The translations under genes were made by a program, and so were the position numbers. A stretch of 64,000 nt of DNA from positions 23,250,001 through 23,314,000 of the forward strand of contig OZ365114.1 in NCBI GenBank assembly GCA_977030845.1, in the 5' to 3' direction. Below, piece by piece: positions 37,455 to 52,249 of the stretch. The notes under the pieces were generated by a model that saw only the letters and a list, made by a program, of their open reading frames with translations, did not search any database and had not been told where the DNA came from. Each line of letters starts with the position of its first letter. Position 1 is the stretch's first letter. This DNA comes from Fimbriosthenelais zetlandica (taxonomy: Eukaryota).

Positions 37455-40400
37455 ACTGCTCCAGCACTGCAAGAAGTGGAAACACAAACAATGAGCAGTA
37501 TTGAAAGAATCATCTTTTATGTAAATATAATAAACTATCTTAATAATTTGTGTGGATTAGCCAATCCCCACCTGAAATGTCAGTATTGTGGCGCACAAAA
37601 GGAAACTCTTCCTCAATTTAAACCAATTGCCCTATTTTGCCCTGTTTTTGTGCGGTACAAAACACCGGATGATTTCAAATATTTTCAGCCATTTTCCTTG
37701 AAGTATCAGTTTATGACCTATGTAAAGCAATAGCGGTGAATTTGAATAAATATTTCAGTAGTTACACAAATTCGATTGGAAGGCAATAACATTCTGATAT
37801 CAATCCATATTGGGATCAGCTTCGGCCCCCATTTCACTCCATGACGTTGAGCCTTTTCTTCGCCGCCACTTTTCTGACATGCGAATAACACTTTTGAAGG
37901 GTGGAGTGTTGATAAGTGCACTTAAACCTACTCAGATCTAAATGAGAAAAAGATGGGGTAATTGGAACATAAATAATGAATTTCAGGACATGTCCAATAG
38001 CTTGGCATTATGGCTCAATGCGGCTGCATGAAAAATGGACTGCCTATCACATGAGATCACAGCCGTGCCTTTGTTGCTCTTCGCCTCCTAATTTTGTGTT
38101 GTCATAAATCAGCGATACAGCAAAGCATCGCATCTTTGTGTGTGCTATGGTATGCGAGGAGGTGTAATGCAACCAGCACCAATAAAGACTTGACGTCAAT
38201 AAAATATAGTCATAGGAAATACTTTATAGTCCAACTATATGACATTTTGATCACAACTGTATGATACTATAGTAACCTATTTGATAATTCATAATTGGTG
38301 CTTTAATATTAGCAATCTAATCGGGAAGTCTCAAGGAATAGTTCCTGATATTATGGTACACGGGCTTGGCCAGGTTATGATCTGAGAGTCCATCTTTATG
38401 GCTGAATTCCCTCACAAAAGCACAAACGTGTCAATAGAAAGGGAACAAGCTTTGGTTGAAGTAGATGTCACACATCGCCAGCCTTAATGTGATGGTGAGC
38501 TAATGCAGATTGCTCCGACCTGCTCCGAGCAGGTCTAATTATCACTTAATGAGTAGTAATGTTCATGATACGTCCATATCCCCTCCTCTCAGGCTACTTA
38601 ATGTATTGATTAGGCGGACCAATGACTGGCTGACCCTATTTAAGCTATATTGGGACAAGGGGTGTCGCCTTCCTACTTATCTGAGAATTTTCTGCAATCT
38701 TCGATCAAAAACTTCACAATGAGTGCTGAACTCTCCTGAATATTGACAGGGCCTTATACTAAATGTCAATGTTACTCAATGATTAATATATTAATTACTG
38801 CATATTAACCTCAATCAACAACTAGCAGTGTATCTGTACTCGTCAGCCCTATCTGACCTCCAAACCCTAGTTTTATAATTAGCACACCCATCTATACAAA
38901 AAATAACCGCAGTCCTATTATTTGCAAATACCATTTGTACCACGGTATCGATCGATGAGAGAAAGAGAGGGCGAGAGTGGGGGAGATCCTGACCGTGATC
39001 TCTCATGCCCACCCACCTCCCACCCACCTGTCTGAATGTTCCTTGCCTGACAAAGGTAACTAATCCATTATACTACTAGCGATCCGCCACGAGTGGCGGC
39101 AGCTAAATGCTTCCACTGCTTAACTAACTGCATGTAAGGTCCCACTATATGTTCACCCATCCAAAACATGATAGCTCCACTCAAGCTATGGGCAATATCC
39201 ATGTCCTGAAAATGTCGATAAATTCCAAACAATTTTCACCAAAAATCCAAATGTTAACTCAAACTGCAAGCAGTCGAGTTTTGTTGTAGACTCGATTTAA
39301 GTTGTGATCCCCGATATAGAATTTCTTGTACTGTAATCTGTGTTAAACCTTATGCAAGCATTCCAGTATTTATCGATGCGGTTATCCATTGTTTTTATTA
39401 GCTTTTATTAAGGTCAATAGCGAGCCAGCATTGTCCCATCAGCTTGCGTTCTCCTTTCGTTGCTGACTCAGTGACACGCAAAATGAAAACCGCTTTTCAT
39501 TAAATACCCTTTTTCTTTTTAAATGAGCTTTTATGGCCCTTCCTAATAATTTCTGTGGAAATTAAGGGAAGATATGGGAATTTTTTGTTCTGTACCAAAT
39601 TATGGCATGCTTACCATGGCGTTCTATATAAAATATTTGCAGTATGTGGTAACAGATTTTATCCTGTGGTGCCTCTCCCTATTCTTCACTATAGCACATG
39701 ATAATGTACCTTACCATACAATAGTCTACCTACTATTCACGCTTGTGTAGCTAAAATCATTACTCTAAGAGAGGAAAATTGTCCTCAAGTTGATGACTGC
39801 ATTGCATTATCAGCTGGATATGGTAGATAGAAACATTTCAATCCCAAACAGCAAGGACAAAAAACAGTCGAATCGGTCTTGATATTTAGTGCTCTACAGA
39901 GGCAAATATGGTCATTAATGGAACTGACAATATAGAATGGACTGAAAATATAATGGTGCTCTCTTACAACACCAAGCCATTTGAAAGCTATTTCATGCAG
40001 GAATGATGAAGCAACACGCACCGCCAATAGGCAAAGCATAGTTGTTGATCCGAGGAAAAATTTCACCACTCCAAGCCATCCACCATTTGCTGAAGTTATT
40101 GCTCAGCAGATGTGTTTGATGAAAGTGGTCAACATTTCACTTGGGCAAAGCAGTGTGTGGTGGTCGGCATGGTACTTTGTTTTTGGGGTAGGCCTGCATG
40201 TGTAAGGCCCTTAAGCCTTTTAGCCTTCCATGGAAGGCTAAGGGGGATGCATGCACTTAATCTAAGCAGTTCTCTACTCCCCCATCATGCACGCACGCAT
40301 GTAGAAACATTGGAGGAAAGACAGATTGTATGTATAGGGGGTGAAACACATGAATGACCTCATGTCAGGATCCCTGGAGACCATAACCACGTACATACAT

Positions 40401-42600
40401 GCTGCCGAAAACTATACATCATGCTGTAAGAGAAAATAGTATTCACTGGAGAAAATAAATGTTTTCATTTTGATTAACATAAATGAGGAAGGGCCGTTTC
40501 CTTTATGGGAAATTATCGACTCTGATATAAGGTCAACGAATTCAGAAATCATTTTTTTTTTAAATATAGGAGATTAATAACTTATACATTTATGGGTGTG
40601 CAATCCAGGGCAAACTGATCATGGTATGCATATACTCCTGAGGCAAACACTGATCGCGGAAGTACTTATGGCAAGAGCTGATTGAGATGGTTAGACTTGA
40701 TCTTAATTGTTCCTTCCTCAGAACCCAATGCAGAGGAACGTATTCACACCTTCCGCTTTGTATAGTCTAAGGTTTAGTCTTTCAATTTTACTATTCTTTA
40801 ATTGAAATCCTGATTCCAAAATGCAAATAGGGCTCTTTAAGAACAATCATAAAGAAATGTTCTGTTAGTCCTTGTTTCGTATTCTAGTCGGCGAACACAG
40901 GATGCCTGAGAGTAACTCATTGTGCTTCTCACAACATCCCTGGGCAATGAGCGACTCGGCTGACTGCCTCAGTAATGGGGCGTTCTCCCCCACAATGTAA
41001 AACAATCCATGCTTCATGTGTTAATTGCTTGTATTTCACGCCATAACCATTCTTCATAGCTGCCTGTATCAATCATGTATCAATTGACTTGTGATAGTTG
41101 TATTGAGGAAGTACATCTACAAACAAAAAGCGCTACCATCTGGAACTGCATATCTTTCTCCTTGAATTTCAGAATATTAACGGTTGGATGATTTACATTT
41201 CAAACACTTTAAAGAACTATTAGAAAGGATATCCCTCGACTTTCTAGCATTGGAAACCTGAGAGCAAGGGGTACAGCCGTACTCCATCATTGAATTGAGA
41301 GTTTATGCTGACCTTGTGTGTTTAAAGCTAGTATTTCATATTTTGAATTGCATCTTAGAAGAAATATTTTGCATGTTGCTAGTGATTTGCCCTCAGAAGC
41401 ATGCGCTCTGCTGGCCAAGGCCATAACCTAGCATGGTATCTCATGCCAATAATAATGTGCTGAAAGATATAGGCTAGTCCTTCAGTTCCTCTCAGGAGCA
41501 AGCTAGGCTTGGCTATATTATGTCTGGAATCTATGGGGGCCTGTATAATACCTGCTTGGCTATTTTACAGATTTCCATTGAGGAGAGGCGCAGTAGTCGG
41601 GCCTGGGATGCAGATGGAGCTTGCATGGTTGGTTATCCTCCTATATATGCCCTGCTCTTTGCAATAATACTTGATCGCCAATGGTGGTCCACACAGCCAG
41701 TCAGTTTTACAAACCGCCTTTCTAAGATAGGCTCTAAGTGTCTGCAGTGAGGGGGAGAGCTGGAGGCTATGGGGATAAACTCTAGCACTTGTCACACGAC
41801 TGAATGGTCTCATGTCATAGGAATCAGGATATAAGTAGCTGGCTATAATTCACATAGCGCTGGCCTATTTCAAACAATTTTGCCCTGCTTATAGGAACTG
41901 ATATGTTGAAAGAAGGAGGTAAGGGCTGGTCTATATAACCTGGTGCAGTTCGCAGACATGAAGAGTCCTTATCAGTTGATAATCTCAGATTTGTTTCAAG
42001 AGCTGATAAAAATAATTGCATTTAATTCTGACCAAATCGTCATGCTGATCTCTATATTATAGTACATTTTCCATATCTACATTGATCATCATAGGTGCAC
42101 AATAATTATAGCTAGTGGCGCTACTTTTTTAGCTTGGCAAATATGGATTGTTTTCTATGACATGCATCGATTTTCATTTTGAAACCAAGCAAATATTATG
42201 GTATGCACATCTTGGAAAATGATGGAAATACAGTGTTTGAATTTAATAACATGGACTGTAGAGTCAGAATTGCCAAATATATAGTGCCGTGTGATAAAAC
42301 ACCTGGCCGAGAGCGGAGGTAGAGTAAAACAATGATCAATGACTGTGAAAATGCAGGGCAGAGATTTAGAGTGCGCCATTAATTTTCCTCTTCAGCTCGC
42401 AAATTGCTGGAGATGCATGGCTTGTGCAAAGCCAGATCTCTGCTGAGCGAGTACATGCATATGTGAGTGAATGCATTGATAAGGGACTGCATGGATATGT
42501 GAATAACATGTGTTGGGAATGCACATGGTGTGTCTGCAAAGCATTTTCAGCATGTGCATGCAACTCGACCAGAGGATGGGATGGGGGACGGTTTGGTTTG

Positions 42601-42630
42601 GGGAGGGAGAGAGAGAGAGGTGGAGGGGGA
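42601..42630 (+). repeat. Short (GA)n / G-rich microsatellite
   Basis: GGGAGGGAGAGAGAGAGAGGTGGAGGGGGA. Confidence 0.7.
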
Positions 42631-45600
42631 CACACAGGTTGGGATCTTAATGGCAGTACATGGCAATGAAATCAATTGATCACCACACACACAGTGAAAA
42701 GCTCGAGGGAGCTCGAGCCAATATGGGGAATTACTATTCAATGTACAAAAGAAGCTTCTGTGAGCTGTCCATCAGTGGGTTTGCATGGCAGGGCCACTTA
42801 GGCTGGGTGGTTCAAGCTTGTATTGGCCGGGAACATTAACAACAGTTAATCCAAACTAAAATCGGGGTAACTTAAAAAAGATTGTTATTCGTGGTCTTTG
42901 AATGAAGCCCCAGTGATTTGCAGGTGACCTTGCCTACACTATAAGCTAGAATGTTGCAGCATTGCATTAAATGAACTAGCACATTTTTTTCTCCGCAAAC
43001 CATTCACTCATCCATGTATTCTATATATTATATGCACATATATGAAGGTGTATCATACGCGTGGGTTTGCAGGAATTACAGTAGGATCGACTTAATACTT
43101 TGCCTTTTTTTCAGAATGCTACATGGCAATAATATGTTTTTAAGTATTGGAAACGGGGGATTTGTATAGATAATTTCCTCCTCCTCCCTCCACAGATTTT
43201 CCAGAGCGTGATTTAATATGAAAAATGATTTTATGTGCATGTATGAAGTGGAAAAAAATGGTCGGTGAAGCCCTTACTTGATGCCCGAGCAGATAGAGCA
43301 AAAGACATTTTCAAATAAAGTATAACTTTATTATTATATATGACTTAAATTATGTTATGGAGCGTTTGCTCACAAGAAATTGCATGAGAAGGAATGCATG
43401 CATGAGGCATACATTAACATAAGTCACTCAAGATCATCATTCGCACAACGTGCTCTCCATTGATCATAGAACGATGAAGCTAGTTTTAACACTGCTCGGG
43501 TTTCTTGCCTTGTTTGCCTATTAAGGCCATCTACTCCGTCCTTATTGTCAGTAATACCTCTTGACAGAATGGTGTCGAGCAGAACAACTCACTTTAGGCG
43601 GTCATTTGGCAGTCAGAAAACTGCCTTTTATAAAACAATGGTGAGATAAGTAACAGTTGCAGCTCATGTGAAAGACGTTTGTCCTTGAATTGTACTGAAG
43701 ATTTCTGTAGAGAAGGTTTCCAAACAACCAGTTTAAAATGTGATCGAATCGTGCCAGAAAGTAGAATAAAAGGTATTTAATTAAGGTATGTCTGCATGCA
43801 TTCCATCTTCAGCTTTTCGATGCACATCATGAACTATTTTTTACATATATGATACTATAATCCTAGAACATACGAATTGATTGGAGGTCAAGCAGAATCC
43901 TAAATTCTGCAATTATAGATTCTGCAGCCGTCCTTTGACTATATGTGCATTCTGAGGAATCAGAAAGAGAACCAATAAAGCATTCTGCAAACACATAATA
44001 TAGTGCCACCATCATCCAGAATCCACAATTTTCTGCTTTTACCCCATGAGTCCTTTTAGGGACCATCATGTCCTGGCCTCATTATCTCACGAAACACCCG
44101 AGATAATGCCCAACTTCCGGCGGGGCTATTTGCAAAATCAATGTGGTTCGGAAAAGAAGCAAAAACCAGAGGGCATCTCTGCGATTGTCGCGGGCAAATC
44201 TTTGGTCAAATAACGCCCGAAATCTTTGTCGGCCACTCTCTTTTGTGCCTCGTCTTTCTCCTCCAGCCCGCAAAAAGCCTGGCAGAGCATACATATAGGA
44301 CCTTGACTTGCCTCCGGTGGGGCTTTGGGTATTCAGGAACCTGGGGAAGCGGGGACGTGGATAGAGGGCACTGCATGTGGTTTGGTGGTTGGTGCTCCCC
44401 TCCAGGATCTAGATAATAGGTGGCTCTTGAAGGGGTCTCTTGTTGCTACATGACTGTTATTTACTACAGGAGATGAGAAGGAGCCGCTCTTTAGATAGAA
44501 GGGACATGGGCTGAAGATTTCGGGGGTGATGGACCTATTTGTGTGCTTATTGCTCTCTCTCAGCATCACTGATTCCATAGAGCAAAAAATTGCTGTTCTG
44601 CCTTTATTTATCCTCCCATCTCTCTGTCTCTCTCTGTCTATATGTCTGTCGGGGGTGTCTGTCTCTCTGTCTCTTTCTGTGTGTTAAGATTAATCAGTAT
44701 TGAAAAACTGATTAATCTGTAAGCTTCGTTTTACATTCTGTTTCTATTTCAAGTGATAGTCGACCTGCCGTGCAAGTATCAGATAAATATTAATTGGGGC
44801 GCAACAAACTTGCTCACCTCCAATCATGATTGGCCTGTTTGCATTTCATTTTTTCCAAAATAGTTTCTAATGTAAAACACATGACAATTTCCTGTTTATT
44901 TATAAATCACTGCATGCTTTCTGATTGTTGCATTTGGCACCTGAATAAACATTGATTCAATTGATTCTTCCAGTATCAAGGGCAGCAAAAGGGTGGCTTA
45001 AAACACGACAGCAGAAATCTGGCAATGACCTTAATTCTCGAATATTTCAAGGTATATATACTTTAGTTCTTTCTCAAACAATGATTATCCTATTATTTAT
45101 GAAAATGACATCTTGCTATTCACTCATGGAGAAATAGTTTTGCCTGGTTGGCAACACGGGGGGCAGTGCGCTACATGTAAATCCACTCAGCACAAGGTGA
45201 GGCCCCAGGGCTATGGCCATGGTCGCAGCCTAACTCTTTAATACAGGCTAATGCCAAATCAAATACACATCTCATAAAAACAGACCACCCAGCCTGACAC
45301 TGCCCCGACACCTCTGTAATTTTGAGACAGCAACTTAATCACAATTCATCAACAGATTAGGGGCACTAGCCCTCAAGATCCATTTCTAATGAACACTTAG
45401 TACATGGTGTTCGATTTAAGATGCACCCACGTTGCTTTTGGATACTACATAAAAATCAATCAATGGTCCTGTGACCAGATAGATATCGATTCAGATCGAT
45501 TATTCCAGTCTAATGCGATTACAAAATCCTCTTTATTCTGTGACTGATCAGCTTGAACATTGAGAGAATACCGATCGTATAGGAGTCATACCTGATACTT

Positions 45601-46379
45601 ATAAAAAGATATCGATGTCATACTAATAGTATATGAAAGTTCAGAATATGAAACGACCTACCTTGGATTTGGGTCTGATTTTGAAGTCAGTTTCCTATGA
45701 ATATCAGGTCCTATCTATGAGGCAAATGATCCCGTTCTGGCCTTACAGCTCTGGCGAACACTTGTGGTATGTAATGGTCCGGGGAGCGCCTGCCACAAAC
45801 TCCCAACTCTGTACTACTTACAGCCAATGAGCGGCGCGCCAGCAGCCGTCCGCCACTTGCACTCTAGCCTCTCCACAGACAGAGTTTAAAATGGTCAGCG
45901 GAGGAAGTGGCTGTCCTGGCGCCCACAGACTTGCTCACAGTGACTCCCGATCATCAAACAAAATGTGGAAAGCAGCTCGATGGATGATTGACAGAAGGGG
46001 AGTGGCTAAAGGTGCATGGTACTCCAGGGTATGAGATATAATGAGAAGGAGAAGAGGCTGCCATAAAAGGACAGGGGCACAAAACAGGGGGCCGAGATAG
46101 AAGAGTAAGAGTAAAGATTAGAGGACAATTCGAAGAAGGGAATATAATGGAGGGAATAAACCATGGATAAATAGAGAATTGCAAAATACAAAAGAAACTA
46201 CTAAATTCCCTTAAATTATATATCCTCCCACCCCCCACTCCCTTTACCTCCCCCATATATTACACCCTCCCACCTCAATGATTTCATGTATGTTTGCAAT
46301 ATACCATACCTCAGGTCTGTTTGCAACTTGCCATACCTAAGGTAATAATGGTACATAGGCCTATATCCCCCAGGTCTGC

Positions 46380-47435
46380 AGAGTTTATAATGGATTTAAC
46401 GTTCCTAATTTTCTGAAAAATACCTCCTTGGATGGATGGGGCCAGTCCATCATTCAAGCAATAATGAGATGTATATAATGGAGATCTAAGCTAAAGTGGC
46501 AAAGGTGGAAATATGTGTATATTTCATATGAAAGAGAAGAACATGATTTGGGAATGGGGGTCATAAGTTGCGATGTCGCTGGAGGAAGACTATATACTAG
46601 CCTTGGTTCATGGCAAAAATAAAATAATGATGTTGATCTTTTTAGCCAAGCTATATGGTATTATGTTTCAAAGTATATTCAAAACTTTTGTACAGATAGT
46701 CTGTCAACTATGTACAGGAAATCATTAGGGCCTAACATAAGTTGTAGTATGAGGTAGATAGGTGGTGAGGGGATGGGTGGGTATAGCAGGTAGGATTGGA
46801 GGATGGGAGGATAAGTGTGGGCAGGCGCAGATCTGGGGGGGGGGGCAGGGCGGTTTAAAGATGTGTTCATGTGGAGGAAACTCCAACAACTCTGGATCAT
46901 CCACTATTCACGAATCTGAAATCACGATTTATTAGCTGCTAGTAAATCATTCACTGAAATTCAAGAAAAATAATGGACCTAGAAGTGGCCTCTGAGGGAT
47001 GCCAGCATTAAAATGTTTATTGCATGGGTGTGATATGGTGTTATTACCTAAAACTCTTGACCTATAATAGATATCTTTCAGAAACAATGTAGACAAGTGT
47101 TATCAAAGCCGGTATTATACATTTTTTTTTACAAGTAAGTCATGATGGAGGGTGTCAAACCCTTTTTGGAAATCTACAAAATCAGTCCGATATCGTTTTT
47201 TTAGGCCAGGGTTGGTTTGGCGCATAGATCTATACATGTAGGTGGAAAGGGTGGTATTTGGAGGGTGTAGATGAGGGAGGTGATGGGTGGCTGGGGGGTT
47301 TCCAAAGTGTATAAGCATGCAGGAGGGACGTTGACAGGATTGACGGATGAGTGTTGAAAAAGTAGTAAGAAAACATGGAAATCGGGTCCATTTTTCATAG
47401 GAACACCAATTTTCATCATACAGATTATTTGTCAT
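46380..47435 (-). mobile_element. Degenerate non-LTR retrotransposon (LINE, CR1/L2-like) reverse transcriptase relic
   Basis: TDFVDFQKGFDTLHHDLLVKK (DFxKAFD motif), NAGIPQRPLLGPLFF (GVPQGSxLGP motif) and a VDD codon run appear in the expected order, broken by stops and frameshifts. Confidence 0.75.
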
Positions 47436-49144
47436 TTACGAATTGTAATTAACGCTACGACAATTCCATCGTGAAGATAAAATCATGTGAAGACACATGC
47501 AATACTGATTCTTTTATATTTAAAGTATAAACATTTTGTCTATGGCACATGCAAGTATTTACACACAATGTACAAGTGCGACCTGGACATTTATACAATG
47601 CACTTCAACAATATTGAGCTATTGCTTCCGGGCCAAGCACCGTGCGCTTTTGTTTAGGCTTGCGGGACGAGACACGAAAATATGGAATTATTGAATGCCA
47701 AGAGACGCCTGGAGAAAGCGGAGGTGGCCTCCAGTCGCTTTGGCCCTCTGACTTGGTGTACAAAGGCCGCACTTCACACAAATTCTTGGTCACTATAAGG
47801 GGGCGAAAATAGATCAGCCCCCGGCCGAACTTCCTGTTCCCCATTGCAGCTCAGATAACACGAAAGTAGCGTTCGATCCTTCTAGGCGGGAAACAGCAGA
47901 GGTATGGAACGCTTTCAGCGACACCAATAGATAGGCGGCGGTGGTGGGTACTAAAATGGGCCGCACCTGCGGGTTCCTCCTGCTGGGTTCCTCCTTTCTT
48001 CAAATGAAGAAAATATATATAATTTTTCTTCCTAATCTATCAACATGAAGTTTGGAGAGGTGTTGATGTAACATATTTATCCGAAAGGATATGTTGAAAT
48101 ACGTGGCGCTCTATTCAATACCGCTGCCACCTGGTGACTTTTCTGTTCACTACATATGCCTGACACCCCGAGATATAATACATGTATATAAAATAGGTCA
48201 GACTGTAAAATGAGCCTTAATTCTGTGCATCTGGGAAAATAATATACTTGCAATACCTCCAAAAATACCGCCCATAGACAACTACATGAATGGAGACTCG
48301 TATAATGACTATATTTTATAATTCCTCCATTTTGACTTCTTCCTACAACAATTTTGGATCAATATTTATTTTGTCTGTCCAAGCACTGGTCGCTAAGGTA
48401 CAAACATGTATCAAATATTCAAGACAGTATTCACCATTCTGGCTCTATTCCATTTATAGGCATACACTGCTCGATTTGTGACACCTGGGAAATTATTATA
48501 TTTTGTGACTATTTAAATTTGGAAGTCAGTATATTGAGGTTTTCTCTGAGCTGGAGTGCTACAATGAACAAAAGGTGATAAAGCTTCTAACGTAATTAAC
48601 TTCGCGTCCGTGTGACATAAGCTTTATTTTGATTCTGGGCTCACAGTGAGTTCATGCTCCTAACTGACCTACATGTATATGATATAAGTACATGTATTCC
48701 TGTATAATACATCCACTCTACTTGGACCTACATATACGGACACTTTTTATATAACAGGTAAGATCATTTTATCAATTTCCACCAGTTATGTATAATAATA
48801 AGTTTATAAGAATTTATGAAGATCGCTATGTGTGCTAATAGTGATGATTAATGCGATGCCTTCTGTCGAACAAGTATATTGATATATCCACACATGTCAT
48901 GCATGACTGACGATGGAAACATGCAGAATTTGACACACCTTATGATCATATAAGAAGTACATGTATATGCCATGTGAAAAGCTCAGCAATTTAGCTGCAC
49001 ACATGTAGGCATAGCAAGGTGTAAGCTAGCTTTAACATTATCACATACACATTATGTTTAATTGTCATTGGTGGACAGAGACATTCTGAAAATTTACAAT
49101 TTTCAGCCAATTTATAATAGAGAAGTTTTCTTTGGTTTTCAGAT

Positions 49145-50974
49145 ATGACTTCTTCCAGATGGATCAATATTTTATTTGTGTTTGTAACCGCATTCCTCCA
49201 ACAAACCGCCACTTATGAGCAAGGGGCACCACCCTCTGTCTGTACCAGTATGACTCCTGGTCATGGGACAGAGTCTTCATCCAACTCTAATCCTTATAAC
49301 ATTATTCTCAGCTCTAGTACCTATACAGAGGACGCTTTTATCACAGGTAATTTCACATATATGTATATTTTTATCATTTTAATTGAGACATGTCTATTCT
49401 GCAAATTTAAGCTGGTACACCGATAAAAAAGATCTCATGATCAAGTGCGCTTCATCAACATGTATCTAATACAATATAAATGTCTTACAAGAATCTCATT
49501 TCGAATCATATTGATATATTCATTTTATGATAGTTTTAATTATTAATATGAATTCCCATTGCCTTATTTTGTATTTTGTACATGACAGTTACAATTGATG
49601 GAGCAGAGTTTCAGGGAATAATGATGCAGGTGAGTTTGCACACATACATGCACGAAATAATGGACCCTAACCTTTGATATCTTTAATGTTGAGGCGATGG
49701 AAGTGTCATGTTCCCTGAGGACATTAATTAACCATCACTGTGTCAATATATGCTCCGGAATATTGGGAAATTGTAGACTTCGGCTAACTATTATGGTATT
49801 ATGCTGTATTTTTATTAGTCCATGGGCCAGAATGGACCAAATTTCAGTGCCAAATTGTCAAATTTTAGGGTCTCGACCATGCACTGAAATCACATCCTAT
49901 GTGAACTAACATACATGTACATAGGCCTATGTACAACATTATTTTTTTTCTCTAGGCAAGAGGGGCGGATGATTCTAAGCTTGGATTATTCACCCAGTAC
50001 CCAGAACACACACGCCTCATGACCTGTACTGTAGATGGTGATACTGTCACTCACTTTGGTATAACTAGTAAACCAGACGGTGCGGAGTTCATCTGGCAGG
50101 CTCCATCTGAGGATGTGGGCGATATAGAAATTATGTGAGTTTAAAGTTTACAAAAAGCCGAATAGAAATACTAAAATCATATTCTTGAACTTCCATGCAG
50201 TCGGCAGCTAATTGCCAAAAGATATATCATAGCTAAACTCCATGCATCGTCAAGTAGTGATATTAAATCTTTAATTATCTACAATGACAAATGTTATGTT
50301 CAACATAGCCTAATTTTAATAATACAGAAGTCAATTATAAATCTTTTCAGTGCCACCATCGCCAAGTCTCGTTTCGTATGGTGGAGGAACAACAAATCAG
50401 TAAAAATCAGATTCGGTAATGGCGCTGCTGCCCCTACCACGAGCACTAGCACTACTACGCCCTCTTCTACAACGGCCGTCGCCGGAACTAAAAGCACCAG
50501 TAAGCAGACCACCACCAGCACGTCAATAAAAATAACCGACTCTCCTATTGTTACCCCTCACGACAGGCAAGGTTCTTCATCTGGAGAGATGGGTAAATAC
50601 TATATACATGTACTAATTATTTACGTAGTGGGCATTCGCTTAAATTATACTTTAGACACCATATATATATGCCTATCATAGGCATAGGCTATAAAAAGAA
50701 AGGAACACGCAAGTCCATGTTATGGGTTAGAACTAAGAAATGAGACTGTATCAAATTTTAAGTTTCTCAAGCCATAACTTGTAAGGTTAATGATTACAAT
50801 GAGTTTTGCTTTGTTAAAGCTACTCATGCTCATGACAATACCAGCAGTCCTACTGAGATGACCAGCTCTGCAATCCTGATAACTGGATCGCCATTATGTA
50901 AATCTTTACTTCTCTTTTCACATACAATGTATTTCTGTTTGTACAGTTATAATGGCTACACACAACAAACTTAA
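49145..50974 (+). CDS. Secreted or GPI-type reeler-domain protein with a Ser/Thr mucin-like stalk (defense-protein/FRRS1-like reeler)
   Basis: Exons 49145-49346, 49589-49629, 49956-50134, 50351-50592, 50820-50974. Signal peptide, then YEQGAPPSVCTSMTPGH, FQGIMMQAR, LMTC...VTH...K...WQAP...IATIAKSRFVWW (reeler), then PTTSTSTTTPSSTT and a weakly hydrophobic tail. The last exon is less certain. Confidence 0.85.
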
Positions 50975-52249
50975 AACTAGATATACTGAAGTTGGTGATG
51001 GCCAGTAAAAAGCTATCAGACAAAACATATTTTTCTTCTTGACGTCTTACGGTCTTGACATATTTTTAATGTTTTCAGGGAATCCAGGCCATTGGATACT
51101 ATGGACGGGCCTTCTTGTCCACTTTTACATCAGATATCATCGAGGATATCTAATACTCCGAGATATTGTGTGAACTATGAAAAGATATTCCTACTGGAAA
51201 CATTTTTAAGTTTCAAAGTAATACTTAAGAATTGCTACTTATTTACAAATGTTTTATTCATATATAATATATATGTACATCCATTGTTAAATAGTTTACC
51301 AAGCGCACTCACTTCACAATTTCTTAAGATTAGATAACAATCCGTGATTGAATTTCTGTATGGAACCAAGCAGAACAATGACAATACACACAAATGTGAT
51401 CTGCTGTGTGATAGGACTGATTACGTGAAGAAAGCTCATCCACAGATGACAGTAAAAATAGTCATTCAGCTCTATCTACGTGTCATTTGCCATGATTGAA
51501 TGTGCAGTGTGGCAGAGCTATGTGTCATAGAAAACCTGTCATAATCTACGGCTCATTGTTAGAAGTATGAATGGTGATTGGTGAGAGTGAAAGCCATGAC
51601 TGGCGTGATATGAACATGTGGGGAGCGAGATAAATCATGACAAGCTCATAATGATGATCAATGCAAAGAAATCAATTAATTACTTATGTACTCTTTCAGG
51701 AATAAAGACAAAAGTAAGCTATTCCGTCCACAAAACAAGTATACTGGTAATATTCTCTAATGTTCTATTAGCAGCAGATACGAAGAATGCAATTCAGTCT
51801 GACTGAAAACAAATCAGATGGTCTTCAATGTCTAATTCTGAACTTATCACAAAGGTACTGTCTATAATTGTCATGAAATCGGACTGATGGGACATAGGAA
51901 AATGAGATGACTATTCGTCTTAAGACATTATACCTATTTCTCCATTATTAATTTATATCTGGATTAAACAGATTCACACGGGCACACATAAACCAAGTAA
52001 CACATCCATCCTTGCTTGTATACCACGGACTGTGGACCAGACGCTGATTGGGAGAATCAGCAGGTCTAAATAGACGCCCTGATTTAGCTGCGGAATCTGA
52101 AACAATATTACCTCTATCCCTTCCCCGAAAATACTTTACCCCGATTATGGAGAACATCACTTGAGCATAAAGTCCCATGAGATCACACACGAATGATGTT
52201 CTCTCACAATGCAGTCACAGCAGGAGAAAATTCATTATAAATGTTTTTT

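Noticed and set aside
37326-37733. 135-aa + strand ORF (and a short ATG ORF at 37351)
   Set aside because: Antisense to the signal-peptide exon of the prepropeptide, which has much better splice and sequence support.
44081-44300. GC-rich patch that might be a SINE or MITE (similarly 47600-48140)
   Set aside because: No TIR pair, target-site duplication or A/B box could be demonstrated from the window alone.
45954-46256. 100-aa hydrophobic ORF
   Set aside because: Translation of a purine/pyrimidine-skewed low-complexity tract beside the LINE relic.
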